Source of the DNA: a virus
IMG/VR virus record: IMGVR_UViG_3300044838_000071
Location: 6,800-70,799 of that record
DNA length: 64,000 nucleotides
Strand: one strand, 5' to 3'
Of the stretch, positions 25,836 to 35,000 are shown in pieces. A program made the translations under genes and the position numbers. The notes beneath the pieces were generated by a model. It was not told the DNA's origin. It made no database searches and saw nothing but the letters and a program-made list of their open reading frames with translations. How positions within the stretch are numbered: position 1 is the stretch's first letter; the number at the start of each line of letters is the position of its first letter.

Positions 25836-26327
25836 TTAGCGTGCCTTGGTGAGGGTCTTCAACTGCGCGCAGTTGACGGTGCCGGCCGATGAAGCGTGGA
25901 AGTCACGTTTGTGGCTCACCTCCACGATCAAGCCCTTGGCCTTGCTACCGACCGCCTCTACTACGGCGTCGCCGATCGCCTTGGTGTAGGCGTCCGCCTG
26001 CACCACGGCGGCCTTTTCACGCGCCTCTTTAGGCGGGAAACCTTCTTTTAGTAGCCGCGCTTCGAGCTTCGCCGGGAGAGCCTGCGCGCTCGACGCGACG
26101 ATGAAAGCATGGCTGCCGCGAAGGATGCTCGAGGTGATCACGCAGGTGATCGTGGTCCCGGTCTTGCGCCCGTTGCGCTGTTCGTTGACCTCGTCCGCAA
26201 GGGCTTTCACCGTGAACAGCAGCACCACGCTGATCAGCACGAGCCACAGGTCGCGATACCAGCGGGTCGGAAGTCGCCTGGCGAGCTCGACCACCTTATG
26301 CGGGCAGTCACGAATCCAGCGGATCAT
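25836..26327 (-). CDS. membrane-anchored lysis-region protein
   Basis: Single TM followed by a soluble domain with two Cys. Confidence 0.65.
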   Translation of the reverse strand: MIRWIRDCPHKVVELARRLPTRWYRDLWLVLISVVLLFTVKALADEVNEQRNGRKTGTTITCVITSSILRGSHAFIVASSAQALPAKLEARLLKEGFPPKEAREKAAVVQADAYTKAIGDAVVEAVGSKAKGLIVEVSHKRDFHASSAGTVNCAQLKTLTKAR

Positions 26328-26500
26328 GGATGTTTCCTCTCGTAGATGCTGCCCTCAGCGTGGACGTGTAGCCCGACAGAGATCGCGACAGCGATCAATG
26401 CGACAACGGCGAACGAGACCGACCAGGCAGCTCCCAGCGCCGTCAGCAGCGCCAGCGCCAAGAGCACCAGCATCGGCGAGTATTGGCGGAGCGTGATCAC
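26324..26500 (-). CDS. small 2-TM membrane protein (holin-like)
   Basis: Hand-translated MITLRQYSPMLVLLALALLTALGAAWSVSFAVVALIAVAISVGL; GGAGG. Confidence 0.6.
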   Translation of the reverse strand: MITLRQYSPMLVLLALALLTALGAAWSVSFAVVALIAVAISVGLHVHAEGSIYERKHP

Positions 26501-26739
26501 TTGTCACCTCCCTTCATGCCGAAGAACTTCTCGATCAGCGCGAGGATGGTGGTCTCGGATAGCTGCGCGCCGGCCATCATGAACGCGCTGTAGGCGAGCA
26601 CGACTGCGTTGGGCGATCCGCTGTGCGTGCCGATCTCGTGAACGCCGACGTAGAGCCCGGCGAGCTTGGTTACGTTCGTCACGACGAGCGTCACGACGCG
26701 GGAAATCGTCTCTAGCATCCATGAGCCGCCGGGGTCCAC
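26497..26739 (-). CDS. small membrane protein (holin-like)
   Basis: Two hydrophobic segments; lysis cluster. Confidence 0.6.
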   Translation of the reverse strand: MDPGGSWMLETISRVVTLVVTNVTKLAGLYVGVHEIGTHSGSPNAVVLAYSAFMMAGAQLSETTILALIEKFFGMKGGDK

Positions 26740-26891
26740 TGGCAATCCTCACGGCGCTCAAACAGCACCGGCCACGGCTCGACCTCGACGTAGGGCTTGT
26801 GCTTGCGCCAGACACGGCGCCACGCGAGGTGCGTGAGCAGGTTGATCGCCGCGAGCAGCAGCATCCCTGCCAGACGGACGCGCGGGCTCAC
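26712..26891 (-). CDS. small membrane protein
   Basis: LAGMLLLAAINLLTHLAW followed by basic residues. Confidence 0.4.
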   Translation of the reverse strand: MSPRVRLAGMLLLAAINLLTHLAWRRVWRKHKPYVEVEPWPVLFERREDCQWTPAAHGC

Positions 26892-27346
26892 TTCGGGCTC
26901 CTGGCCGTGTAGCCCTGCGCGACCGAGCGGTCCCACTTGTCCTGCCAGCCGCAGATCGTGCCCGTGTGACGCGCTGCCGACCAGTGATGCGGACGGCCCG
27001 GCACCCTCAGCTCGAGGAAGCAGTGGTGCAGCCCGCTCGGTGCCGCGTCGTCGTGGACCCACACGGTGACGTAGCGGCCCTCGCCGGGGCGCCCCCAGTG
27101 CTCGAAGGCGTGCGTGTCGAGCGCGATCTCGCTTTCGAGCATGCCACCGTGCCACAGGATCGAGGAGACCCACGCGGAGCAGTCATAGCCCCGCGGGCCA
27201 TGCGGGTCATCGCCGCTCGTGGGCGGCAGCACCCCGCCGATCTGCTTCACGCCGTGGCCACCGCCGAGAACGTATGGGTAGTGCGCCAGCGCCAGCTTGT
27301 CGGCGGCGTTGTAGGCCCACTGAGCGCGCTCGAGCACGGTCGCCAT
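26888..27346 (-). CDS. NlpC/P60 cell-wall peptidase
   Basis: PYVLGGGHG...YDCSAWVS...HCF. Confidence 0.85.
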   Translation of the reverse strand: MATVLERAQWAYNAADKLALAHYPYVLGGGHGVKQIGGVLPPTSGDDPHGPRGYDCSAWVSSILWHGGMLESEIALDTHAFEHWGRPGEGRYVTVWVHDDAAPSGLHHCFLELRVPGRPHHWSAARHTGTICGWQDKWDRSVAQGYTARSPK

Positions 27347-28272
27347 CAGCTGATCCGTTCCCTGCGCAGCCGCTTGATTTCGGCGTTGTGGCGCTGGCCC
27401 TTGCGCAGCGTCGCGTTGCATTCCCTGCGCCAGTAGCGGCGCTCGCGCGCGGTCCGTCGCGGCCGTGCGTGGTGGCCGCGGCCGACGCGGCAGTCGTGAC
27501 GGGTGATGAACGCCCGGTCCCGGTCGCGGGCCCGTTGCAGCGCGTGCAGGCGCTTCACCTTTTCGGCGTGCGTGACGTGGTGCGCCGGCGGCGGCTGGTG
27601 GCCGGAGTAGAACAGCGCGCACTCGGCGCGGCGCCGGCGCGTCAACCCGTACAGGCGCACCCCGCCGGCATGGTCGTAGCCGAGCAGCGGACCGCAGTTG
27701 TGCGCGCGGAACGACCCGGCGAGACGGTAGATGATGCCCGGCCCGAGGTTGTAGCTCGCGCTGCACATCGCGTCGAACTGGTTCTGCGTGTAGCCGCCGC
27801 CAATCCGCCTCACGGCCGAGCAGTAGTTCTGGTCGAGCAGGCGGCGCAGGTTGCCGATCGCGAAGCTGCGGCTGATGCAGCGGTGCCCGAACGTGTCGCC
27901 GAAGTCCGTTTCGCCGTAGCCGCGCGTCGCCACCGAGCCGTAGGCGTCCCAGTAGGGGCAGCTCGAGAAGCCCTCGAAGTCGGCGACGAACCTGACGCCG
28001 TGGTCGCTGATGTGCTGGACGCCGAAGGCCGTGCTCGGCGCTGAGCTCGGGACGCTCCGCAGATGCAGCGCTTCGGAGTCGGCGACCGCCGTTTCCGGCG
28101 TCGGCTTCACCGGCAAGCAGCTGCCGTCCGGGGTGCGCACTTCGCCGGCGTGGCAGGCTGGCGTGGCGTGCTGCACGGTCACGGTGCGTGTCACCGTCGC
28201 GCCGCAGCCGGTGAGTGAAACAGCGACCGCGAGCACTGTCAGATGTCGCGGCTTGACCATGCGTCGGAGCAT
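27346..28272 (-). CDS. GH24 lysozyme endolysin with lipoprotein signal
   Basis: FEGF...PY.D....T.GYG, QNQFDA..S..YNLG, GLTRRRRAE; LTGC lipobox; AGGAGG RBS. Confidence 0.9.
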   Translation of the reverse strand: MLRRMVKPRHLTVLAVAVSLTGCGATVTRTVTVQHATPACHAGEVRTPDGSCLPVKPTPETAVADSEALHLRSVPSSAPSTAFGVQHISDHGVRFVADFEGFSSCPYWDAYGSVATRGYGETDFGDTFGHRCISRSFAIGNLRRLLDQNYCSAVRRIGGGYTQNQFDAMCSASYNLGPGIIYRLAGSFRAHNCGPLLGYDHAGGVRLYGLTRRRRAECALFYSGHQPPPAHHVTHAEKVKRLHALQRARDRDRAFITRHDCRVGRGHHARPRRTARERRYWRRECNATLRKGQRHNAEIKRLRRERIS

Positions 28273-28289
28273 AGGGTGACCTCCTGTCG

Positions 28290-29954
28290 TCACGAGAGAC
28301 CGAGTCCAACGAGGCTGACGCTGAGTCGTTCCAGCAGCGCCTGCATCGATTCCGGTGGCTGGTCGAGCTGAAGCGAGTTGGTCTTGCTGTTGTCGTCGTA
28401 GTGGGCACTGACGACCCGGCGCGGCGAGGGGTCGGCGGCGTCGACGAAGGACACGGAGTCGCCGCCCTTCACCATCCACGCCGGCCACAGCGTGCCGCCC
28501 TCGTCTTCGACATGGCCGACGAGGGACGCCTGGCCGGACGAGTCGAGTCCGCGCGATTCTTCGAGGAACTTGCGCCCTACCGTTTTCGCGCCTTCGAGGG
28601 TGCTCGTGCCCATCTTCAGCAGCGCCCACTTGCGGTCGCCGATCTTATTCAGCGGGTTTTCGGGGTCGCTGTCGAGCAGGTTCGGGTCTTCGGTTTCGGC
28701 GTTGCCGCCGGCGAAACCCGGGGGTCCGACCATCATCGACGCACCGGTGACATCCTGGTAGGCGACGGCCACGCCGTTCCATAGCCGGCTGACCTGTTTG
28801 CCCGTCTGCTGCAGCTGCGCCGGCCCGACCCGCGCGCGCCATTTGCGCCCGCGCGTGCCGCGTTCGTTCATGTAGAAGGTCCGCTCGTCCCACACCGCCC
28901 AGTCCTGCAGCTCGAAGCGCGCCGCCTGCCGCAGGATCTCGGCGACGTTCGTCGGGTCGGTGAACGCGAGCTGCGGGATGATGAAGGTCGACGGCTGGAT
29001 CGTGCCTTCGGGCCCGGTGGTGAACGACAGCCCTGTCCAGCGCCTGACAGCGTTGGCGACGATGTCAGAGGCGAGGAGGCCACCCTCGGCACCGGCGCCG
29101 TAGATCGGCAGGCCGTGGCGCCCGTAGACGACTACGTGCTGCCACAGCACCGCGTACAGCTGGTCGGTGCCTTTTTCCCCTTCGGCGTAGAGCAGGCTCA
29201 GGATCGCGTGGTTCAAGCCAGGCCCAGGGGCGACGAGCGTGGTGGCGCCGGGAAACCCCGTGGTCCGCAGGTTGCCGCTGCGCGTCGTACCCGCGCCGTG
29301 ATCGTTCGGGGAGAGCGAGATCTCCCAGTCCCATTTCGTGTCTGCGGGGTTGACCGCGCTCCCGAAGGCTGCCCATTCCGCATAGACCTTGCCGATGTCG
29401 ATGCCGTGCGCGTCGTACCACGCCTCCGACAGCGGCGCCCCGATCCATGGGCCATTGAAGCCGGTCTGCACCGCGTTCGGCGAGCCACCGATGGTCGTCG
29501 GGGCGCTCATCGACAGCGCCGTGTTTTCCAGCTTGCGCGCGAGCGCCATGTCTTCCCACCGCGACTGGTCTTGGTCGATGTAGATCTCGCGCGCCGTCGC
29601 GTCGTCTTCGAGCTCCACCTGATAGCCGACAGCTTCCGGCGTCTTCTGCGACTGGAAGCCTGCGGTGTCCGGTGACTTCTCGAGCCGGCCCTGCCACGCG
29701 GTCGTGCCACCCGGCCCCATCGCCGTCAGTTTCGACAGCGGCTGCGTGTCGGGGTAGGTGAACCGGGGGTTGCGCTCGAGCGTGCAGTTGAAGCGGTCAT
29801 AGCCGCCCGGCATCACGCTGCCGAAGTTCACGTCTTTCGGCGCGTTACGTGGGTCGGGGTCGTCGATCGCCCAGCGCACCCGCGCACCGTCGGGCGACTC
29901 GATGAGATAGCTCAGGCGCAGCGGTGGCCGCTCCCTGACGCCGAGGGGTGACAC
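28290..29954 (-). CDS. minor tail / baseplate hub protein
   Basis: Second gene after the tape measure; PGG...WQGRLE...EAVGY hub-like N-terminus. Confidence 0.75.
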   Translation of the reverse strand: MSPLGVRERPPLRLSYLIESPDGARVRWAIDDPDPRNAPKDVNFGSVMPGGYDRFNCTLERNPRFTYPDTQPLSKLTAMGPGGTTAWQGRLEKSPDTAGFQSQKTPEAVGYQVELEDDATAREIYIDQDQSRWEDMALARKLENTALSMSAPTTIGGSPNAVQTGFNGPWIGAPLSEAWYDAHGIDIGKVYAEWAAFGSAVNPADTKWDWEISLSPNDHGAGTTRSGNLRTTGFPGATTLVAPGPGLNHAILSLLYAEGEKGTDQLYAVLWQHVVVYGRHGLPIYGAGAEGGLLASDIVANAVRRWTGLSFTTGPEGTIQPSTFIIPQLAFTDPTNVAEILRQAARFELQDWAVWDERTFYMNERGTRGRKWRARVGPAQLQQTGKQVSRLWNGVAVAYQDVTGASMMVGPPGFAGGNAETEDPNLLDSDPENPLNKIGDRKWALLKMGTSTLEGAKTVGRKFLEESRGLDSSGQASLVGHVEDEGGTLWPAWMVKGGDSVSFVDAADPSPRRVVSAHYDDNSKTNSLQLDQPPESMQALLERLSVSLVGLGLS

Positions 29955-32030
29955 CTAGATCCTGCCGATGTAGCAGGGGCGATAGATGACCTGCGCCTGG
30001 ATTTTGTCCTGTGCTTCGTCTTCGGCGCCGGGTACCAGCAGGCCGCGGGAGTTCTTCACAAACAGCTCTGCGGGGCGCCCCTCGAGGCCGGAGGGCGGCA
30101 GTCGCGGCAGGTCGCCGGTAAGCTCGGACACTGGGATGTACGCGTTAGTGTTGACATCCTGGCGCAGGCCGCTGTCGAAGCGGATCTCACTTTTCCGGTT
30201 GGAGTAGAGCACGGCGTCTGCGGAGATCGCCCCGGCGCTGTAGGAGTAGTAGACGCGGATCGTGACCGTGTCAACGGTGAAAAAGCCAGACCCAGATGAG
30301 GTAAGCCATGTCGCGACCCCAAACGCGGCTTCGTTGATCTGCGCCGGAGTCCAGGTCGTGCCCCACAGGTCAGCAGGGCCACCAAGGGTGTTCGTCCCGC
30401 TAATCGCCGCGCCACTCCTTTCGGCGCCGACCAGTGCGCCCGCCTTCAACATGCGGGCCGAGAGGCTTAGCGGGCCGCTCTCGGTAGCACCGCCTAGCGT
30501 GACGGCGATACCCTTGATCGTGACGCCAGTCGGCAGCGCGAAGCCCATCGCCTTTGCAACGAGTGCCTGACTCGTTTCGGCTGGTCCCGCGAAGGCGACC
30601 TGGGCCCAGCCACCCGACGGGTTGCCGGCCTGAATGTTTGTGGGCGTCGTCCACGCTTTTCCCGCGTGGAGCGTGTTGTTGCTTTCGCCCGTGGCCGGTT
30701 CCTTGCTCGGCCCGAGCAGCGTTGAAGTCGGGGCAGATGTCGCACGCAGCTTGCCCGCGCCATCGTCGATTGGCTGCAGCCAGATGCGGTCGACCGAGAT
30801 GCCGCCGACACCAGGTAACGCCTTGACCTGCAGCACGCCCCGCCACCAAGGGTCGCCGACGGGTGGCTTGTCGATCCGGATCTCGCCGAGATCCACCATC
30901 GCCCCTTCGTCGATTGATGCGCCGAGGACGACGGCCGGATTGTAGGTCACTGCAGCGGCATCGTCGACCGACCACGCGAGGCGCAGTTCGCTCCCCTGCA
31001 CAGGTAGCACGCGCGCCCACATTCGGTAGCTGCCGAGATGGGAGAGCGGCACCGCACCCGATACCAAGTCGGTATGCAGGAACGGGTGCCAGATCCCCAC
31101 CTGCGGTTCGTGGAGGTGGATCCAATTGCCGCTGAAGCCGCTGCCCGGTTCTTCAATTGTCGCCCCGTTGATCGGCGTCAGCAGATAGGCGTCGTAGAAC
31201 AGCGCCGCGCTTGCTGCCGAGTCGTAGTGTGTGGAGCGCAATCCCCACAGCAGGCCCTTCTGGTTATGGTTACCGCCGCTACCCTTCTCGGTCAGCACGA
31301 TGCGGGTACGCGCCGGGTAATCGCCCTTGATGACAGCCGGCGCTTTGCCCTCTTCGAGTACCGCGACGATCTGACCGCGCTGTTCGACGGCGTCGAGTTC
31401 GATCTCATCGCCGTAGAAGTCCGGCAGGCACTCGAGCTTCAGCACCACCCCCGGCTCGACGCTGCCCGTCTCGCCCCACACGTCGGGGAGCGTCAGCGAC
31501 GCGTTCACGATGTCCGCATAGAGGGGCGACGTCCACGCCCAGGCTTCCCACCATTCCCCGAGCGATTCCGTTGGGAGGTGCGCTTTGTTGCCCGACGCCA
31601 ACGACCGGTATTCCTTGGTTTCGACCTGCACCACATCGTTCAGGCTGTAGGTGCTGCCCGGTTTGAATGAGCCCTTGAACACGGTGGGCACTGCGGCTGC
31701 CCTCTGGCGCAACAGCGCGCCACCCTGACGCTGCAACAGGCCCACCTTCTGTTGGAGCCTGCGCCGGGCGAGCTCCTCGAGGGCTTCGTCTTCCACCGGG
31801 CCGCCGGGGGCGATCTCCATGCCGATCCCCATCGGGATCGTGACTATCCGGTTCGGCACGCGGTAGTCCGACGGCGTTTCCCCGAAGCGCTGTTCAGCCA
31901 TAAACGCCTTGATCGCCGACTCGCCCCAGTCGATGCCGGCGTGGTCGACGCTCAGGGCACCGTCGTTCAGGTCGAGCGCGGTGCGCCCGTCGATCGCTGC
32001 TGCCGGGTCGAGTACGACGCTCCAACTCAT
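29955..32030 (-). CDS. distal tail-like protein with carbohydrate-binding inserts
   Basis: Directly after tape measure; insert FKPGSTYSLNDVV....EYRSL...N...P....WW resembles CBM5/12. Confidence 0.75.
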   Translation of the reverse strand: MSWSVVLDPAAAIDGRTALDLNDGALSVDHAGIDWGESAIKAFMAEQRFGETPSDYRVPNRIVTIPMGIGMEIAPGGPVEDEALEELARRRLQQKVGLLQRQGGALLRQRAAAVPTVFKGSFKPGSTYSLNDVVQVETKEYRSLASGNKAHLPTESLGEWWEAWAWTSPLYADIVNASLTLPDVWGETGSVEPGVVLKLECLPDFYGDEIELDAVEQRGQIVAVLEEGKAPAVIKGDYPARTRIVLTEKGSGGNHNQKGLLWGLRSTHYDSAASAALFYDAYLLTPINGATIEEPGSGFSGNWIHLHEPQVGIWHPFLHTDLVSGAVPLSHLGSYRMWARVLPVQGSELRLAWSVDDAAAVTYNPAVVLGASIDEGAMVDLGEIRIDKPPVGDPWWRGVLQVKALPGVGGISVDRIWLQPIDDGAGKLRATSAPTSTLLGPSKEPATGESNNTLHAGKAWTTPTNIQAGNPSGGWAQVAFAGPAETSQALVAKAMGFALPTGVTIKGIAVTLGGATESGPLSLSARMLKAGALVGAERSGAAISGTNTLGGPADLWGTTWTPAQINEAAFGVATWLTSSGSGFFTVDTVTIRVYYSYSAGAISADAVLYSNRKSEIRFDSGLRQDVNTNAYIPVSELTGDLPRLPPSGLEGRPAELFVKNSRGLLVPGAEDEAQDKIQAQVIYRPCYIGRI

Positions 32031-35000
32031 GCGTGCAGTCCTCCTCCGCGGCTCGGGAGTGGTCGGGACGCGGCGACCGCCTGCCCGCGCTCGTGCCGTC
32101 TGACCTCGACGCTGATCAGATCCTTCAGCCAGCCCATGCCGTCGGCGACGTGCACGTGCGCCGAGTATCTGTTGCCGCCGGCCTTCAGGATCTCCTCGCC
32201 GCCGTGGGCGACGACCATGCGCGGCTCGCCGAGATAGCCCGGCACGATCCCACCCTCGGCGAAGTGGCCGCCGAAGCGCGGTAGCTGCCCGAGCACTTTG
32301 TACTGCGCCTGGGAGACCGCGAGTTCGAGGCTGCGCTTTTCGAGCTGCTGTTTGGTCAGCGCGAGCAGTTCGGCGTCGCCGGGTTTTTCGGCGGCGGTGG
32401 CGGCTTCGGCTTCGGCCGGCTGCGCTACCGGGCGCACGGCTTCGGCGGAGTCCTGGAGCGCCTGCACGATCCCTTCGATGGACAGCGTCAGCTGCGGGAT
32501 CGTCGAGCCGACGGCCTCCTTGATCTTGCCGTCGATCGTGGTGGCGCCCGACTGCAGGCCGGTGATCTGGCTGGTGAGCGCGCCGATCTGGCCGCCGGTG
32601 GCGACTTTCGTCGGGCTGCCGCCGAGGAAGCTCATTTCGTCTTCGATCGGGTGGAGCTCTTTTTTGAGGTCGTCGCGCATGAGTGCTTCCCGCGCGGCCG
32701 AGATCGCGTCGCTCGGGCCGTGCAGCCGGCTGAGGAAGCCCGAGATGCGCCCCTGCTCTGCTTTCCAGCTCTGGATCAGCGCTTCGTTGCGTTCCCACGG
32801 CGGGAGCTGTTTCTCGGCGCTGATCGCTTCCGAGAGCGCCTGGTGGTGCACCTGCGCGTCTTCGCGCTGCTCGCGTACGTGCTGCGCGGCGACCGCGCGG
32901 CCGAGTTTGCGCTGCAGCCCGTGACGGTGCACTTCTTCGAGCTGCTTCTTGATCCGTGCGTAGCGCTGGTGCGCCGCTCGCAGCAGACGCATCATCGCGG
33001 CGCGGCGCGCGATCCTGCGCTTGATGAATTCGACCGCCTTGTCTTTCTGTCGACGCAGCAGGCGCACAAGCACTTCCTGCCAGCGGCGCTCGGCTTCGAG
33101 GACGGACTGCTGTGCTTTGAAGACGGGGTAGCCGACGGGGAACGGCATCTGCTGGCGGTTCGTCTTGAAGTCCTTGGCGAGCACGCCGATGTCGGGTGCG
33201 GACAGCAGGCGGTGGTCGTCGAGGCCCGCGATCTGGCCGAGCAGAGAGCTCTGGAGTTGCAGTGCCTGGTTGTCGCCGCCGGCGCCGGCGCGCTGCATCT
33301 GACGTTCAGCGTGTGTCACGAGTTCCCCGACGTTGAAGTGCTCGCCCGGCTGGAGCGTCGGCATCAGGTAGGGCATGTCAGCGGCGAGCAGCGATGCGGG
33401 GTTCGAGGCCATCTGGCCGAGCAGCCCGAACTCGTCGCCGAGGACGTTGATCGTGTCTTCGGCTGGGGCAAGTTCGTGGCTGATCTCGCCCATGCCGGGG
33501 ATCTTCGCGAGGTCGGTGATCAGCGGCTTGAGGCCTGGCTTGCGCGGCGTCCGCGTGTGCGGGACGTGGCGGGTGCCCTTCACGTGCGTGATCCGCTGCG
33601 GCGCGCCGTGCTCCTTGTGGGAGATCGGGCCGCCTGCCGCGAAGCCCGGCACGACGCCGCCGCGCTGGAAGCCGCGGATCGCGCCGCCGAGCCCCATGAA
33701 CCGACGATAGGAGCCGTTTGTGTACGCTTCCCACGCCCTGATCCCCTGTGCGTGGAAGATCGCGACAGCCGCTCGAGCGTTCGCCAGCGGATCCTCCGGC
33801 GAGCCGTGCATGTAGGCGTTGTTCGCCGGGAGCATGATCTGCCACAGCCCGCGCGCGCGACCGCCGCTTGTGGCCACGCCGACGCTCTGCGGGTTGCCGC
33901 CCGACTCGGCCATCGCGACCGCTGCCATCGTGTGCGCCATGTTGCGCGGGCCGCCGGCGGCGATCCAGAGAGCTTCGAGCTGCGGGCGCTTGACGGCGCC
34001 GTGCGCTTCGCTCGAGCCCGGCACGCCCGTCGGCAGACCGTGCTTTTCGACGTAGGCGTTGGCCGCGTGCGCCATTTTGATCATGCCGTGGCGCAGCGCG
34101 TCGGCCTGGGGACCGGTGCCCTTCACGCCCGGTGGTGAGATCTGCCCGAACGCCGCTTCGCCGGGCTTCAGCGGCGCGTGACGTACCGCGAAGCCCGGCC
34201 GTGCGCCGCCGGCGTACCACCCCGCGCCGCTCGAGCCGTGCGTGCCGAAGAAGCGCCCCATGATCGACATGAACGTGTGTTCTGGGTTCGCATAGACCGT
34301 GACATCGCCGGGCCCCGGCTGGCCGAAGCTCATCAGCTCGCCGGAGGTCTCAGGGCGCCCGAGCAGGCCGGCGCTGTGCAGCACCGCGCTCACCGCGCCC
34401 GAGCAGTCGTACGGGCCGTTGAAGTTGCCGTGGCCACCGCCCCACACGTAGGGGTAGTGGTGACCGGTGATTTCGCTCGCCTTGCCGACCATCTTGCCGA
34501 CGAGGCCACCTTCGGCCATGAAGTGCGGCGTGTTGACGTGGTCGAAGAAGCCGTGCAGGCCACCCTCCGGCGCCAGGCGCTCGTTGAGATACGCCTGCTG
34601 GTGGCGCGTCAGGACAGCGCCGACCTCGCCGGGGCCAACGGCGATGTCCGTGCCCCCCATGTTGAGGTAGATCGAGTCGTGGCCACGGTCTCCGGGCTGA
34701 CCGAACTGCACCATGCCACCGCCGTAGCGCGCCACTCCCGGCCCAAAGGAGCGGTTCTGGGAGGACGCGCCGACGGAGCCGTGCGGGGCGTGGCCGCTCT
34801 GGGCGAGGTGCGCCTGGATCTTGGGCTGCGCGATTTTCGCTCCGCCGAGGGCCTTGAGCTCGGCGTTGGTCGCGGTGGTGATCAGTTCCGCGCCTTCGGC
34901 CATGGTGAGCGCGCCGGCTTCGACGGCGTCGTGCACGGCGGCGGTGAACTTCGCGAGTTCCTGTTCGGCGGCGGGCCCGGCGATCGAGAGGCCGCCGCGG

